DNA of 64,000 nucleotides, from contig OZ076420.1 of assembly GCA_964187785.1 (NCBI GenBank), positions 38,502,001 to 38,566,000 of the forward strand. The letters are read 5' to 3'. Every line of letters starts with the position of its first letter. Position 1 is the stretch's first letter. The notes below the pieces were generated by a model. It was not told the origin of the DNA. It worked only from the letters and a program-made list of their open reading frames with translations, and ran no database searches. The DNA comes from Amphiscolops sp. MND2022 (Eukaryota). Shown piece by piece: positions 39,039 to 53,200 of this stretch. The position numbers and the translations under genes were made by a program.

Positions 39039-39487
39039 TTTTTAGTCGGTGCCTTTTGAAAAAAAGTGCCCAACTCTTACAGTGGCAAGTTTTTTAGTCA
39101 CCCTGTAATTTTTATCAAGTTCATGAATTTCACAGAACTTGAGAACGACACGATCACTCGACGTTGCGGGTGAGTGCGAGGCTGCAAAGCTAGAATGCGT
39201 GGGTTCAAATTCCAGGATGGACATTTTTTTTGATTTTCTCAAAAGTTAACGAGACCAAAGGCCCCCATGTTGATTTTTCGACGCTGTGCGATTTTTCTAT
39301 TTTTTATTTAAAGATTCAACAAAGGGTACCCGTACCCCTTTCAGTTTTTTGAAGGGGGTACGATAATTAAATTTACGTTGTATGATAATTGAAAAGTTTC
39401 ACAATAGTTTTCCGTCGAATGTTTCAAACACTTTGTTCTTTTTGGACCTCGAACGGGGTGCCGACTTGGGCAGTTCCCGGGTTGTTT
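39039..39487 (+). mobile_element. HINE family A copy
   Basis: TTTTTAGTCGGTG...TGCCGACTTGGGCAGTTCCCGGGTTGTT; tRNA-Leu-like T-arm GCGTGGGTTCAAATTCC at 39197-39213. Confidence 0.75.
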
Positions 39488-41225
39488 CCTTCTTATCAGG
39501 GTATACCAAAACTGAGCTCTATATCGATTTGCACTTCAGATATGTTTACAAACTCTACTGAAAAAAAAACAACATTATCCCTTTGGAAATCCAGGTTTTC
39601 ACGGCACAAACGAAAACTGAGTTTCCTGACGTTCCAGAATATCACAGTACATGGGACTTTTTCCAGAGTTAGAATTATCATACTAAAAATCAACTCGCAA
39701 TTTATAATTTTCTTGCCTTTAACTTAAATTATCCAAGTTTTAGCAAAAAAATCAATAATTAAAAAATTAATTCTATCATCCGATGTGAGTTCTCAACAGC
39801 TAAAAATTAGATGGAATTATAAACTGGAATATACAATTTGGTTAGCGAAATAAATTAAGATTGTCATTTCGACATGTAAATTTCAGAGGCATTTATTTCA
39901 TGGAGTTTATGAATAGACCATTATCAAAGTTGGCAAAAACTTAGCAAAAACTTATTGAAGAGAGCGATCATTAGTCTTAAAAAATTAGTCTTAAAATGCT
40001 TAAAAATTTAGAACATACAGGCAAAATCACAACCATCCATTTGCAGATCAAACTTTTGCTCACGAATACCTTTCAGGCAAGGGATCAGTGATATTTATCC
40101 AGTTGTGAAGAATTTCAAAGAAGTATATTTATCAACTCCACATTTCTATTTCGCAATTTTCTTTTTTAGGACAGTTCCACCGGTATATGATCTTTCAATT
40201 TTAGAAAAAAATTCAAGAACTATCTTAATTTTTGAATTCTGCAAAGGAAATGCAAAGAAAGTGAGTTTCACTGAAAGCATTTAACTTTCGAAAAATAAGT
40301 TTTGTAATGTAAACAAAGAAACTTTTTCACTTTAATGAAGAGAATTCTAGGAAAAGATATCGTTTTTTGCATTCACTCTCTCCAAGGTAGTAAGAGAACT
40401 CTTAGTGAAAGGCCTCAAAAGCTAAAATTGCGTAAATTTATGCCAACCCTGAATGAACCGATTCAAGTTATGTGAAGTCCTAGAAAGTGGCATCTTGCGT
40501 CACGTCTGAACGGTCTGAATACGGCTCGAGATTTTCAACCCCAACCATCGACCGACTTCTCATTGTTCGCAACTCGGGTGGCCTTCGTTTAGACGAGATG
40601 GGCTGTCAACAGAGGTACGGGGGAATTTATTGGAAATAGGCCTCTTCGGGGCTCAGTAATATTTCTGCACTTCAAAGATTCCGGAAAATTTTTCATGAAG
40701 TACATGTATATCATTTCCATTTGAATTTTTTTGGCATTATACCACAAGTTTAAAAATTGTAGACGTAAAGGAATTCTGTGCTGAGTTCTCAATACAATCA
40801 TAATTTTCGAATTTTGATGAAGAAGTGCTAACCGATCAAGCCACTAACCTAAAAGCATCCAAATCTTGGGTTACAAGCTTTAGTCACAAGCTTGCATAAA
40901 GTATAATGATTACAAACATTTGTAAAGAACCCTAAGATAAAATTTCGAATTTTGTTATTCTATCAAAATGCACTTGTCACGTTATTTTGTACATACAGCT
41001 TGACGCGGATCAAATTTTTCAGATTAACCAAAACTGTTTGTTAATCGGAACGAGCAAAGCCCGAAAAATTCAAGTTGACTAAATAATGTCACAAATCAGA
41101 GCAAATTATTTCAGTGTCGTATAGCTTTCAATTCAACTATTTTTCCAACTATGATAACATTCTCAAGTCATTTGTGAATGTTTTTGGATGCTTTTTCGAT
41201 TTAAAAAAACCCAGGAATATATTAT

Positions 41226-44200
41226 CTATGTGGAGCGCACCCCAGTGCTTGCGTAGTGATCAACATCCGGGTCGGGAGTGAGGCGATCTTTGTCGAAAGA
41301 GGGCGGGTCTGTCTCTCCGGCTATCATAGTGGTGTACATGTTGGACACAACGATGAGCAGGCAGAGCAGAAGGGGACCCAAAATTGCACCTTCCAGGCCT
41401 TTGATGGAGATGCCACCCACTACAGCCAGACCTGTCAGATACGGGTGACCGGCACCTTGAAAAAGAGAGCTGGTTGTAGTGTCAAGAAGGATATGACGAA
41501 GGCATGACAGTTGATAAGCATCAATTTGGAATTACTCAGCAGTTGCTATTAAAAGTCAACCCGGATAGCAAGTCAATTCCAAAAATACGGATGGAATTGT
41601 ATTGAGAAAATTCTAGACCTTCCCCGCCCAATTTGAACATCCACTCAAATAGGACGCAAAAGTTTGGTTAAAACCCCCTCCTCCGAAAAAACCGTTTCTC
41701 AATAGAAAGTACAGGTTACCAGAATAGTTTTGAGAGAGAATCGCAATATTATAAACAAAGAAAAAGTTGGAGCATACTTTTTGATTTACTAATTCAGGCG
41801 AAACCCCAAATCTTTCAAAATTACAGTCGGACTTCGGTTTACCGCACTTCTTGGGAAAGAGTATCTCATCTCATCTCATCTCATCATTAAAATGAGTTTA
41901 CGTTGCTTCGAATACTTGTGTACTCGATTTTGATTGGCTTAGAAATCTAATTGCTGTATTACGTGAATTAAGTTGTAGCAATGGTTCGTTATAGAGAGGC
42001 CCGACTGTACCAGTAACTCTAAGGACCAGGGATTGGAAAATATTAAATGCGTTAACAATTAATGACAATATAATAAGTGCAATAAATGAATGGTTTGCGA
42101 AAATCAATAACAATTATTGAATGCTGGAATACCATTAACTTAACCAATTTAATTTAACCAATAAAATTCAAGTTTGTGATAAAAAGATAATGTTTGTAAT
42201 CCCATGTATTCACAAGTTCGAATCATATAGAACGATTTTTTTTCAACGGCCAAGAAGTTCATTTGTCCGAATTTGCTATTACTGCAGAGCACCTCGAAAC
42301 TCAACTCTTTTTGCATATCAATAAATGTTATTGAAATGCAAATACCATTCAGTCATTATTGTAAAATTCATTTACAATAAATGCAATAAATGATTGTCTC
42401 CACTTTTTCAATAACTATAATTGATTCAGTAGCTACAATAATAATGCACTTATTTTTTTCCAATACCCGCTAAGGACCCAAAAACGACGAACAACTGGAA
42501 AACGAATTCGCAAATTTCCGATTCTGTGACATACTGCACAACAAACCAAATTCCCAATTGATAAAAAGGTCAATTTTCATTTTAAAAATTTACCATAACT
42601 GACCTGATATTTGCCCATATATGGCAGTATCAAAGCCTCCATATGTGGGCAGCAAATGCGCTGATAGGAGCAGAAAAGCCCCGAGCAGCTGATCATGCAA
42701 TAACCACAGTTCCAGAAAAGCCGGTATACAGGCCAGATAGGTTCCAAATACCGGCACTGCGCCCAGAATTGCGGCGACAGCTGCAGGTAGAAACACGAGG
42801 CGTACTCCGGCTATGGTATGTGTGACGTAAGTTAGAAGCCCGTAGAAGGACGATAGTTTAAGGGAAGCTCCGAACACTCCCATAACTGCACTGTTCACTG
42901 CCTCTGCAAATCGGTTCTAAAACAAATCGATACAATTGGTCAACAAAAAGTCATGCGGAGCTGAAAGATGTTTGTCTCATCGCAATATAACTATCATCTA
43001 ACAAGATTTATATAAGGTTTCTGTTTTTAAAACTTCCCTAATCCAACAATATTAGTATTGAACTTCATCACCAATTGCTTCGGGGACAATTCCGCAGTTT
43101 CTAGAAATCTAAAAGCAAGTGTCAAACCAACTACCGGAGAACCCAAATCAAAACTTTTCGGCGACATAACATTGATCTAATGAAATGGCCTTAAATTTCA
43201 ACCCATATTTGAAAAGTGGATTAATTCAAACCCAGAAACATTACCTACCGACTTACACTCACTACCGAGTATCTACATTCACTCTTCTAAGCCGCAAAAT
43301 TGCCATCAAACGCAGCTAAGGAAGAAATTTCAGGCGGATCACATCATGAGAGTAGAATTAATTGTACTTACTCGGTAACACCACAAAAATAGCTGCAAGA
43401 TATCGAGAATTAACACTCTTGCAACTTAGTAGTCAGTTCGCCTATAGTAAAGCTTCTCGATATAGTTAATTGGTACTCCGATGTTCAGACTATCACTAAA
43501 AATCATCCATCAAACTGTTAATTCTTCTGGTTAATTTAACCAGACTTCAATTCGAAAGAATGTGACAATAGGTTTGTTTTTGATTTTAGAGTTCATGACC
43601 TCTTTTGATAACTTCTAGCCAGGTATCTTTCCGGAATTAGATTTCCGTTGCATTCCAAGAAGTACCGCAGGGATGAAATCAAAAAGAATCAAAGCAGGGA
43701 AGAATCATTTGCAGTGGGGATGGTTAGCTCCACGTCGTTGTCTTCGACGCTGTGAACATACAGACTCCTATCTTCATTATCCGTCTGATATTCTTCATTG
43801 AGAGCATCTTCACGTGGTTTTCTGATGGTACATTGTGGTGGTATAATACACTTTCCACGCCACTGCAACGAAGACAACCGGCGCATCTCTCAATTCTGTT
43901 TCGTAAACCCCTTCAAGACATCTGGATCACATTTCTGGTCAGTTGTTTTGCTCTCATGACAATTGCATGAAGCCGACATGCTCATAGCAATTCCCGATTG
44001 TTTTCTGAGACACACTGAACCTACATCGATAGATGAAATCCAAAAGTAGAGCAAACTGTGGTTAATTGAGTTTACAGGGTTCAATAGACAATGAATTTCC
44101 TGATTAACAAACATCGATGGTACCATTTGAAATCTTTCACAGAGTAGAATGCCGGCATCTATTGACTGTAGTTTTGGAGGTGGTATTGGGTTACCGATTA

Positions 44201-47200
44201 CTTGTGACGGGAGCTTCATAGTTCCAGACATGCCCCCCCCTCGATTAAAGTTACTCTTTCTTGGAATTCTTTCTCTGTTTACCCTGTCAATTTTCTTGTC
44301 TTTGGAAGTTTGCGTTTGATTTAGGTGATAGTTGTGGTCATTAATTCATTTTTTGATAGCCATTGATCTGATTTTCGACTCGCCTTCAAAATTGATTCCT
44401 TGGCAATAGCTTTGACTTTGGTTAGAAGAACATCTTCGGTTATTCACACACTTAAGATATCACTGAATCCCTCGAAACTCAAGAGCAACCAATAAGATTG
44501 CAGGTTCTGCAGGAAGAATTTCATTTTTAGAATTTCATTGTTCTGGAGATTTAATTTAAAAATTTTGTAACCGCTGGAAAACGAAAATATACCCAATTTA
44601 CCAGGAAGTAGTCTTGAATACTCTATACAGACTAGCCACTCGTTTTACTTTACCACACTCTACAAAAATCACAACAGTTCAAACCCATGGCTCAAAAACT
44701 CAACTATTTTTGTTGACGGTTCGAAAAGAGCAATCAATGAAAGAGCCTCAACGCCACCATTGGAAAGGATTCAATTATGACTAAAATTTACCTTCCGAAC
44801 AGTATACTGAAAGGCGAAATAAACATCAACAGCTCAGCTATTTCTGAAGTTACAGTCCTGTGATAAAAGAATGGAACCCCTAATTGATGTTTGGAACACC
44901 TACTTTTTCTGCCGACATCTCTGAAACTATTAATATTCAAGAGAAAAGCCTTTGATAAAAATTTCTCGAAATTTAATTCAGTATACGTCCGTATTTGTTT
45001 GAAACTTCTAGGACAAATATTGGGAAAATTAGCTCTCAATGCCTCTCTATCTAATTTTTGATTTGCAACTGAAGTTTTTAATTTTTGTCTAATTTACAAA
45101 CAATTTTGATTAGTTTTTGTCTATCAACCAGTTCATCGCTCTCCACTGATTGCACTGTCAAACTTTGAGGCACTTAGTATTTTGACAGTTTCTGAGGAAT
45201 TCGCAAACTCATTAGACTTTCCAAACTTAATTACCAAACAGCGGTTCCATTCTTTTATAACAGGACTGTACCTGTTGTGGATGTGTAACTCAGATGTATT
45301 TGTCGTTTAGCTGGTATTAGAGGCAAAATATCTGTCTCCGGATTAGGTACAAAATCAAGGTCACAAGAGTATTCCATCCAAAAGCAAAACTGGGCAAAGA
45401 TTACAACAAGTGCCTTTAAAAGACCACTGTTGATGTATATCCTATACGATATACATCCCAGTAAAATGGATTACAGTCACGCAGCGTAATCTGTATAATC
45501 CGTAAAATGGTCATTCATCGTAAGTCAGTCAAAACGGTCTACTACTGGATGGTGAAGCTGTGTCAACGAGTGTAATAGAAAATAGTGTAAACTAGTCAAG
45601 GCGCGTAGTTAGTGAAAATATGGAAATTGGTTTTTGAATCAACTTTCCGTATTTCAGTCAAAACTTGATTAACTTCCACTTATTACAATTTTAGCGATCC
45701 ACAATTTGCAATACAGAGGCGAAGCGGTGCTTCGCAACACATGACGAAGACATCGATTATTTTAATATGCGTATATATATTATTTTAATCGCATGCGTAT
45801 ATATTCAACAGTTCAACTTTGTTCAATAACGTCCCTATGGCACAGTGGTCAACACTTATGCCGTGCAATCGGGAGGCTGCAGGTTCGAATCTCTCTGGGG
45901 TTTTGGCTTTTTTCTAAAAGGCGCTCATTATGAAGTTGACTATAGTGGAAAAAAAACTTTCTTAGCTGGACTGCAATCCACATTGACTTCGTCATGTGCA
46001 AAAAGTGGAATGTGGTCAAAGTTTGACTAACTTACACCAAGTATATATACATTCAAAACTCAACGTTCATTTTAAGTGCAATTCATGCCACATCGTAAAA
46101 CAGTCAAGTAGAAGTTGAGTCACAAATCATTATTACGTTCAGAAGTGTATTTTGACGCCATAACTGATATCATTGCAAGTAATATGTCATCACTATTTAG
46201 CAGGTAAGATTATCAGAAAAACAGGAGACTATTAGCGAATTGATTTAGTTGTAACAATTTTATTACAGGTCAGAGAACGATCGCTCCAGACGCAGTTTTG
46301 AGAATTATAAGGAATATACCAAAAAGTATGAATTTTGGTATGAGTTCTCTAACCCATTGACAAATCCATTCAATCAATAACCTTTTGTCTGTCAGTCTTA
46401 TCGCCTCATTTCGAAAAAGATCTGTTCCGTGGTTGTAAATCAACTGAAGCAACTAAAAAATTCGACCTGATTACCGATTTAACTGTTTAGCAATTAGCGG
46501 TTAAAATTGGCAATGACAGAACCCTGACATCATCACAAACTGGGCTGACTCACTTGAGGTGGCAAACTCTTCGAGCTGTTTGCGTCAGTTGCACTTGGCA
46601 TGATGGATGCGATTATCTCCATGGGCTTGTATCTGTAATCAAAACAGTCGCCGTTATGGAAATACAAAAATGACCAGAATACTGAAATTTGATATTTGCA
46701 CAAAGTTGAGTAACAGTTCCCGAGATGAAATTGAAAGACGCTGTGGGTTAAAAACACCATTTCTGCCTTCCAGGTACAATCGATAACTACAACCAATGCA
46801 CGAGTGTACCCTATATTACTGATGGAAATGAATTATGGGTCTCAACCCAAAGAAAATGTTTTTGATATTCAATCAGAAGAAATTTATGCTACTAAAAATT
46901 ATCATTTTTACCTCTAATTTCTTTTTAGGAAATCTTTGAAGCTATTCGCGAACCGATTCATGAAACGAAACCTACGAGACACAAGAGACGTTCGGTCAAC
47001 TCGAAGTTGCCAAGCATCAATTCATTTCGAGCATTTCATTGATACCAATGTTGTTGAAGAATGCTCCACAAATTATTCAGTAAATTAAACTAAACGAAAG
47101 CGTAAATGACCATATTTGACCTACCAATTCAATGCAAAAATCTCGAAAGTCGTCATCTGACGAGGGGAAAGGTCTTTCTGGTGCAACTTTTCTCTAAGGT

Positions 47201-50200
47201 TCAGCCGAAAACGGGCTAATACGCTAAATTTATACTTTTCAGTTAACTTCAGAATAAAACGAATCATTTAAAAAAATTCAACAACCATGATTAAAACATT
47301 TGATTGAGATGACTGGACAAAGACTCTAAAAGGAACCCTTTCATTTCTAAAAAGGTCAGACGGAGATTCAAAAATCAGTACATTTGAATCTTTAACCTGT
47401 TTCCACTCAGACTGAGCAGGTAGAACAGCGCGGTGAGGAAGACTACGATGGAGATGAGGAAGTTCATGATGTGAGAGCCACTCGACAGGATCACCCATAT
47501 CAGTGACGTCACCACATTGGCTATCAGACTGAGGTTGCTCCTGAGGATGGCCCACACAGAAATAGCCACCGACCGCAAGGTGTCAAAGTTGCCGTGGATT
47601 ACGTCATAGCCTGGAATCAATTAATTACACGTACTTATCACAGCTGTCATTTGGATGCTAATCTATCACAAAGGTGTAACATGATGTATGAAAAACTTCA
47701 GCTTTAAAAAATTGGGAGGATAAATGTGGCGATTCATCGTTAGTTTTATATTTTGAAAAGTAACTTTAATCTTACATTTAAACAAGCTGAGAACGGCCCA
47801 AGTCGGCGCCTCGGGTAAGGCTCAAGGACAAAATAGATCAAGGACAATTATTAAAAACTCTCAACCTCGCAGCTCGAATAAACCTGAAGGAGACATCCTT
47901 GATATTCGAAAAACGCTTTTCCTTGACTAAAAAGGTCAAAAACCCCTAACAAATAAATTTTTTAAAACTCGACAGTACCGAAAAACACACAGTTTGAAGT
48001 AGTCTAGCCAGGAGTTAAGTGGCAAGTGGTGGTGGCACACCATGGAGAAAGTTATCGATTCATAGAATTTGTCAGTCCAAATGGTCTTGGAAAAAAGCCT
48101 CTACTATAATCTACGCTTATCAGTGAAAGTTGACTAAAAAACGGCTTCATCGTAATGAGCGAAAAATAGGCCCCTGCGGGCCTGGCCTAGTTAGAATTGA
48201 ACTTGATAAAGACTTGGAGTAGCGCTGCCTCATTGTTACCAGAATTGGCGACAAGAACGGGACGATGGAAGTCTGGGAAAAACATTTACGGCTTCATAAC
48301 ATTTCAGCTTACGAAGAAATATTAATGAAAAACTATTTACTACGCAATTATAAGCCTGTGAGCAAAATTCAACTTTTCTGTCTTCTGTCTTCACAAAAAA
48401 ACGTTGCAGAGTTTACCATACATTCATGCGTTTACTCATGTGCAAGACTAGAAAGGTAATAGCTTGAGTTTGTAACCTGAGTAGAACCAATCGGCACCAT
48501 GTGTTTTGAGTGCCTTCATGATTCCGTCACTGCTGGTTAAGGAGAGACCAAACCTAGAGGAGTCAGTGGCGTCTCCCGTCTCGCCCTCTGAGTAGAGAGA
48601 CTGCATAGAACTTAACACGTCAGCCATAGTCTAAAACACATTTTTCATAGATGATGTATTAATTGCAAGTTTAAAGAACAGAAAAAGTAGGAACCAAGTT
48701 TGAAATTGCATCAGTGCACATACTGCAGTTAAATACAGTTCATTATTAATGTCAGAGAAAACCAAAATTATACAGAAAAAAGTTTATTTTCAACTGATAC
48801 ATTTAGAATCAGTTTTGACTCTAATCAAAGATTTAGCGGGAGCGCAGTATTTTTTCATCAATTTTATTAGCGATAAAAATTAATGGCAATTGATAAATTG
48901 TCCAAATTCGAGTATATATATTTCGAAAAATTCCAACTGTTAACCGAGTAAAACGGTTAAATCTCACAGTATGAATAGTTCAGTCATTTTTCTTTTAAAA
49001 ATTTAAGTTATACTTCGACTTTAAAACATACTTGAAGCCAAACGTTCAATAGTTTGAAGAAAAAGTTTTTCAGCGAAATCGATATTTTGAAACTAGTGGT
49101 TTAGCATTTAGCGGAAAAAATTAACGATGTCAAAACCCTGGTTAGAATCACAAACTTTCTAGTACAAAAAACCATATACCTAATATTGCGAGACAATAAA
49201 ACCATATTGCTATAATTTGCACTGCCAATTTGATACGATAGACTTAAGGTAAAGTGAAATTAAAGACGAACGGTGTTACTACTTCTTTCAACTCGTTTTC
49301 TTTTCAATGATTTTTGTGAGGTAACCTGGTTCGAAGTTTCGTTCCTTTTCACCCACAGCTGCAAGTAGAGTTGGTCGTAGATAGCCAGAAGCTGATCCGT
49401 AATCTGCTGGCTCTTTTTGTCTGCCTGCTCGCCCTCCTCAACTACTAGATAAGTGGTGATCCACTTCTCGATCAGGTCTCTGCTGTAGTCGTAGGCTCTC
49501 TCCACAACCATGGTCAGACTTGCTTGAATATCGGTGTTGTTTGGCATTATTCTAAAACAAGACACTCGCTAACCACTTGGACAATTTTCGCCCTGAATTG
49601 ATTTCATGTCATCGAAAAAAGGCTAATTACCAGGGATGGAAAAATATCCGATACTTATATAAATATCAAAAATATCGGATATTTTCCTTTTTTTGCTTGA
49701 TATTATTGATATTTATGATATTTATAAAAGAGTGTTTCATTTCAAAAATGAATTATTTTATTTTCAGTAATGATTCAATCAATCGTTTCACTCAATGTCT
49801 TAAAACAAAACAATAGTTTGGACGCCTTTTCGTTGCCCATTCGATTTCGATGTTCGTCGTGGATCCATCCGTAAGTTGAAAATAGTCTCTCCAATGGTGC
49901 TGTCGATGGATTGCATGTCAGAAAACTTTGGATAATCTCCTTCAAATCCTGGTCAATGTCCACGATATTCCACCAGTCTTTCGCAGAAACACTTTTTGCA
50001 GTATCATAGAATGGCTTCAAGAAAGGAGCTGCCTTGCCCCTGTATTGTGCAATCACTGTCAGAAGGCGAAGATCGGTTTCGCGGGCCAATTCAAGTGCCG
50101 AATTTTGTTCATCAACATCTAAGACTTTTTCATCAAAATACTTTGGGTCCAAATGAAAACTTAGAAGATGCGCAGGAGTTAAATCCGCAAGCATTTTTTG

Positions 50201-53200
50201 CTTGTCCACTGACAATTTCTCATTCAAATCTTAGATAGACCATCCATCTAAACTCATAGTCACCTGCTCCTTTTCTAGCAATTTTTTTTAGCCTTTTCTT
50301 GGCATTTAGCATGAACTTCGTTTAATAACATTTGAAAGATACTTGCGATTAGGTGGATTGTAGCTCGGACGTAATAATTTGATCAATTTTCGAACACTCG
50401 GGTGCTCCACTCTTTGAAATGGAGTGTTAGTTGCATAAAAGTACTCCGCAATAGCTTGGTCAATTTGTTGTTTCTCACATAGTTTGGTCGAAGGCACGAA
50501 TCCACTCATTGTCATGTTTGTTTTCTTGGGCACCTTTGGAGGACATTCACTTTCGCATGCGTCAATGTGCTTTGATATTCTTTCGGGAATACCCTGCATT
50601 CCTGCTCTACAAGTTTTGCAAACAGCCAAAGTCCCACTATTGCCTTGTTTTTGAAATCGTTCAAATTTTTCCCAAACATTAGCCTGTTTTCGTCCCATTT
50701 CTACCTGAAAATATTCTGTAACGGTTAATTCTGATATATATCATGATATTTATTAAATAAATATCGGATAGATATCGTGATATATATCAATGATATATAT
50801 CATGGATAGATATCGCCATCCCTGCTAATTACATTTTCATATAAAACAATTGTGATTTATAAACATTGTCATTCTGTTTCGATACAAACATCGACCTTGA
50901 TAAAATAAAAATATCGTTTCAATTTAACACACTTTTGCCTCCATGATAATTGGATAAATTCCTCTCAAAACTCAGCCATGATACAAAATACATAACGCAG
51001 CCTGCAGTAAAAAATTTTTCAGTGGGCGCATTTTGTAATAAAATGAGCCCGCCTATTATAGCAGCTGATTTTTTTCCTGAACGAATCAGTTTTTACAGAC
51101 TTTTCGCCGTTTCATATAACTTCGTAATTTAGCTGATTCACTAATTCCACATTGATTACGTCCTTCATCGTCATTTGGTCATTTTTGGACTAATTTAGCT
51201 ATGTTTTTCCGATCCCAGTCACACGATTTTGATGTGATTGCGCACACAGGCGCACCTTTGGGTATAGAATGACTACTAAATTTTTACAAAAATAGTTTGG
51301 GCAGTTTTTTAGAAATTTGAATTTTTCATTAAAGCTCGGGTGGAAAAAAGCTACGAGTGCATAAGTAGTCGGGATTTTTTCCCGACTCCTAAGAAGTGGA
51401 CGTACGATTTGAACTGAGGGTAAGATGACGTCATTTCCTGAGCGAGAGTAGTGCCCATCTCGACCACTGCCATGCCCTCCTGTTGGATTTGGGCGGCGAG
51501 GAAGAAGGACATGATGAGACAGCCGAGGAGCAGAAGCAGAACCAGCAAAACACTCACTACGATCCCAATTGAGCCCTGTTGTCAAAAGTACACAATGTTT
51601 TAAAAAAATGTTCAAAGTGAGGTCTGAAAAAATACCATAAACCCGCGCAACGAAGTCACTTTGAAATTTATTTGATGCAACCGATTCTGGAGAATTTTTC
51701 AGACCACCCGTCAATATTTGTGACCTCTTCACGCAATGGTTTCATGATTTTTGTTGAAACAGTAACCTTTTGTTTTCATTGGCTTCCTTCTGTTTCAGAT
51801 ATTTTGAACAAACTCTTTAAAAAACGACGGTTTCAAATTTCAGGACGCTTTCCATTCAATCGACGTGAGTCTCAAAATTATTTTTATTGGACTCTTGAAA
51901 TAATTTTGTGCTAAATTTCCGTAATTAAGAGATGGTTTCGTCGTGATTTTTCCGCAGTTTCTCATCGTAGATATAAAACTATTGTGTTCAATATCATTAC
52001 ATTCACAATAAATTGTAAAAAAGCTCACATAATATCACACTTTAGCAGCAAATAACACTTTCAAGGAGCAATTTGAAAAGTGCAAACGATTCTTGAAAGG
52101 TTGGCAACCAATGATTGAAAAAGGTGATTATCATACGGAGAACCGTTAAAGAATAATTCCTAAAATGACATAAAATAGACAGAAATGCATCATCTGTGCT
52201 TACCTGCAGCGCTTTGATCACCTTGCGGTCTCCTTCCAGGTAATAATGGATCAGTTTCTGGATCTCGGTGGGCAGCAAAACATCCTGAACTTCTGTGAAC
52301 TTGTCCTGTTAGCGATGAAACAGTTAATTAATGATAATGAAACAATGAATAAAATTCAAAACTATCAGCCATTCAAATTTGATAAAAAAAGCATCAATCC
52401 ATTGCAAAATCCTCAAGCAAAGCTACTACTGGATTAGTTATGAGCTTCAGAAGCTCCCGGTCACATTCGGCTCATTAATTGATATGAGATGCCATCAAAC
52501 TTCATTTTCATTCAACCTAACCTCAGAAGATAGCAAGTTTATCATTTATGATTTGTATTTTCGAATTCTGGTGTTCAGACAAACCCTTAATAGAAAATCG
52601 AATGAATGGTAGAAACCCTTTGAAGCAAAACAGAACTGCTTATTCGGCGTCCACCCCGAGGAACTTGGGAAATTAACTTTCTTCTTCAGCACTGAAGTTT
52701 TTGTTGACTTCAAACCAAGTTACACTCTGAAAAATGATCTGAGCTCTAGCCTGGCATCCTGTTTCGATGAATTTCTCTATTCGAAGCTGTGCTCTGATTA
52801 AATTAATGAGGTTGCATAGTAAGTTTAAGGGTGAAAAACGCCCAGAAAAGCAAGACCCTTAAGAGAACATAAACCTCGGTTTATAGTGAGTGAGGTGCCT
52901 TGGACATGGTCGTTCCTTACCGTTATCTGAAAGTATCAACATATGATGACAGAGTTAAACTATTTGACAAATTATATCAACCCAAAATCTTACGTGAGTC
53001 TGGCTTCAGTATGGTTTGAAAAACTTTTGGTTTCATGTTTGAAAAAAACTTCAATTGTTAAATGGTTTTACCAACTGCCTAAACTTTTTAGCAATGTAAC
53101 CGTTTGATAACTGAATCATAGATAATTCAATAAAATTTCATATTTCAGTTCATTCCTTGTCGCTGGATCTAGTGACATAGAATAAAAAACATGAATTTTG

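Larger units (their letters stand above)
45435..46110. repeat. Dispersed repeat (homolog of 13885-14240) interrupted by HINE family C
   Basis: See 13885-14240; homology stops at 45712 and resumes at ~46004. Confidence 0.75.

Noticed and set aside
43270-43350. ATGA..AAA..TGAT pattern (minus strand) as a SECIS element
   Set aside because: Helix II does not pair when checked by hand.
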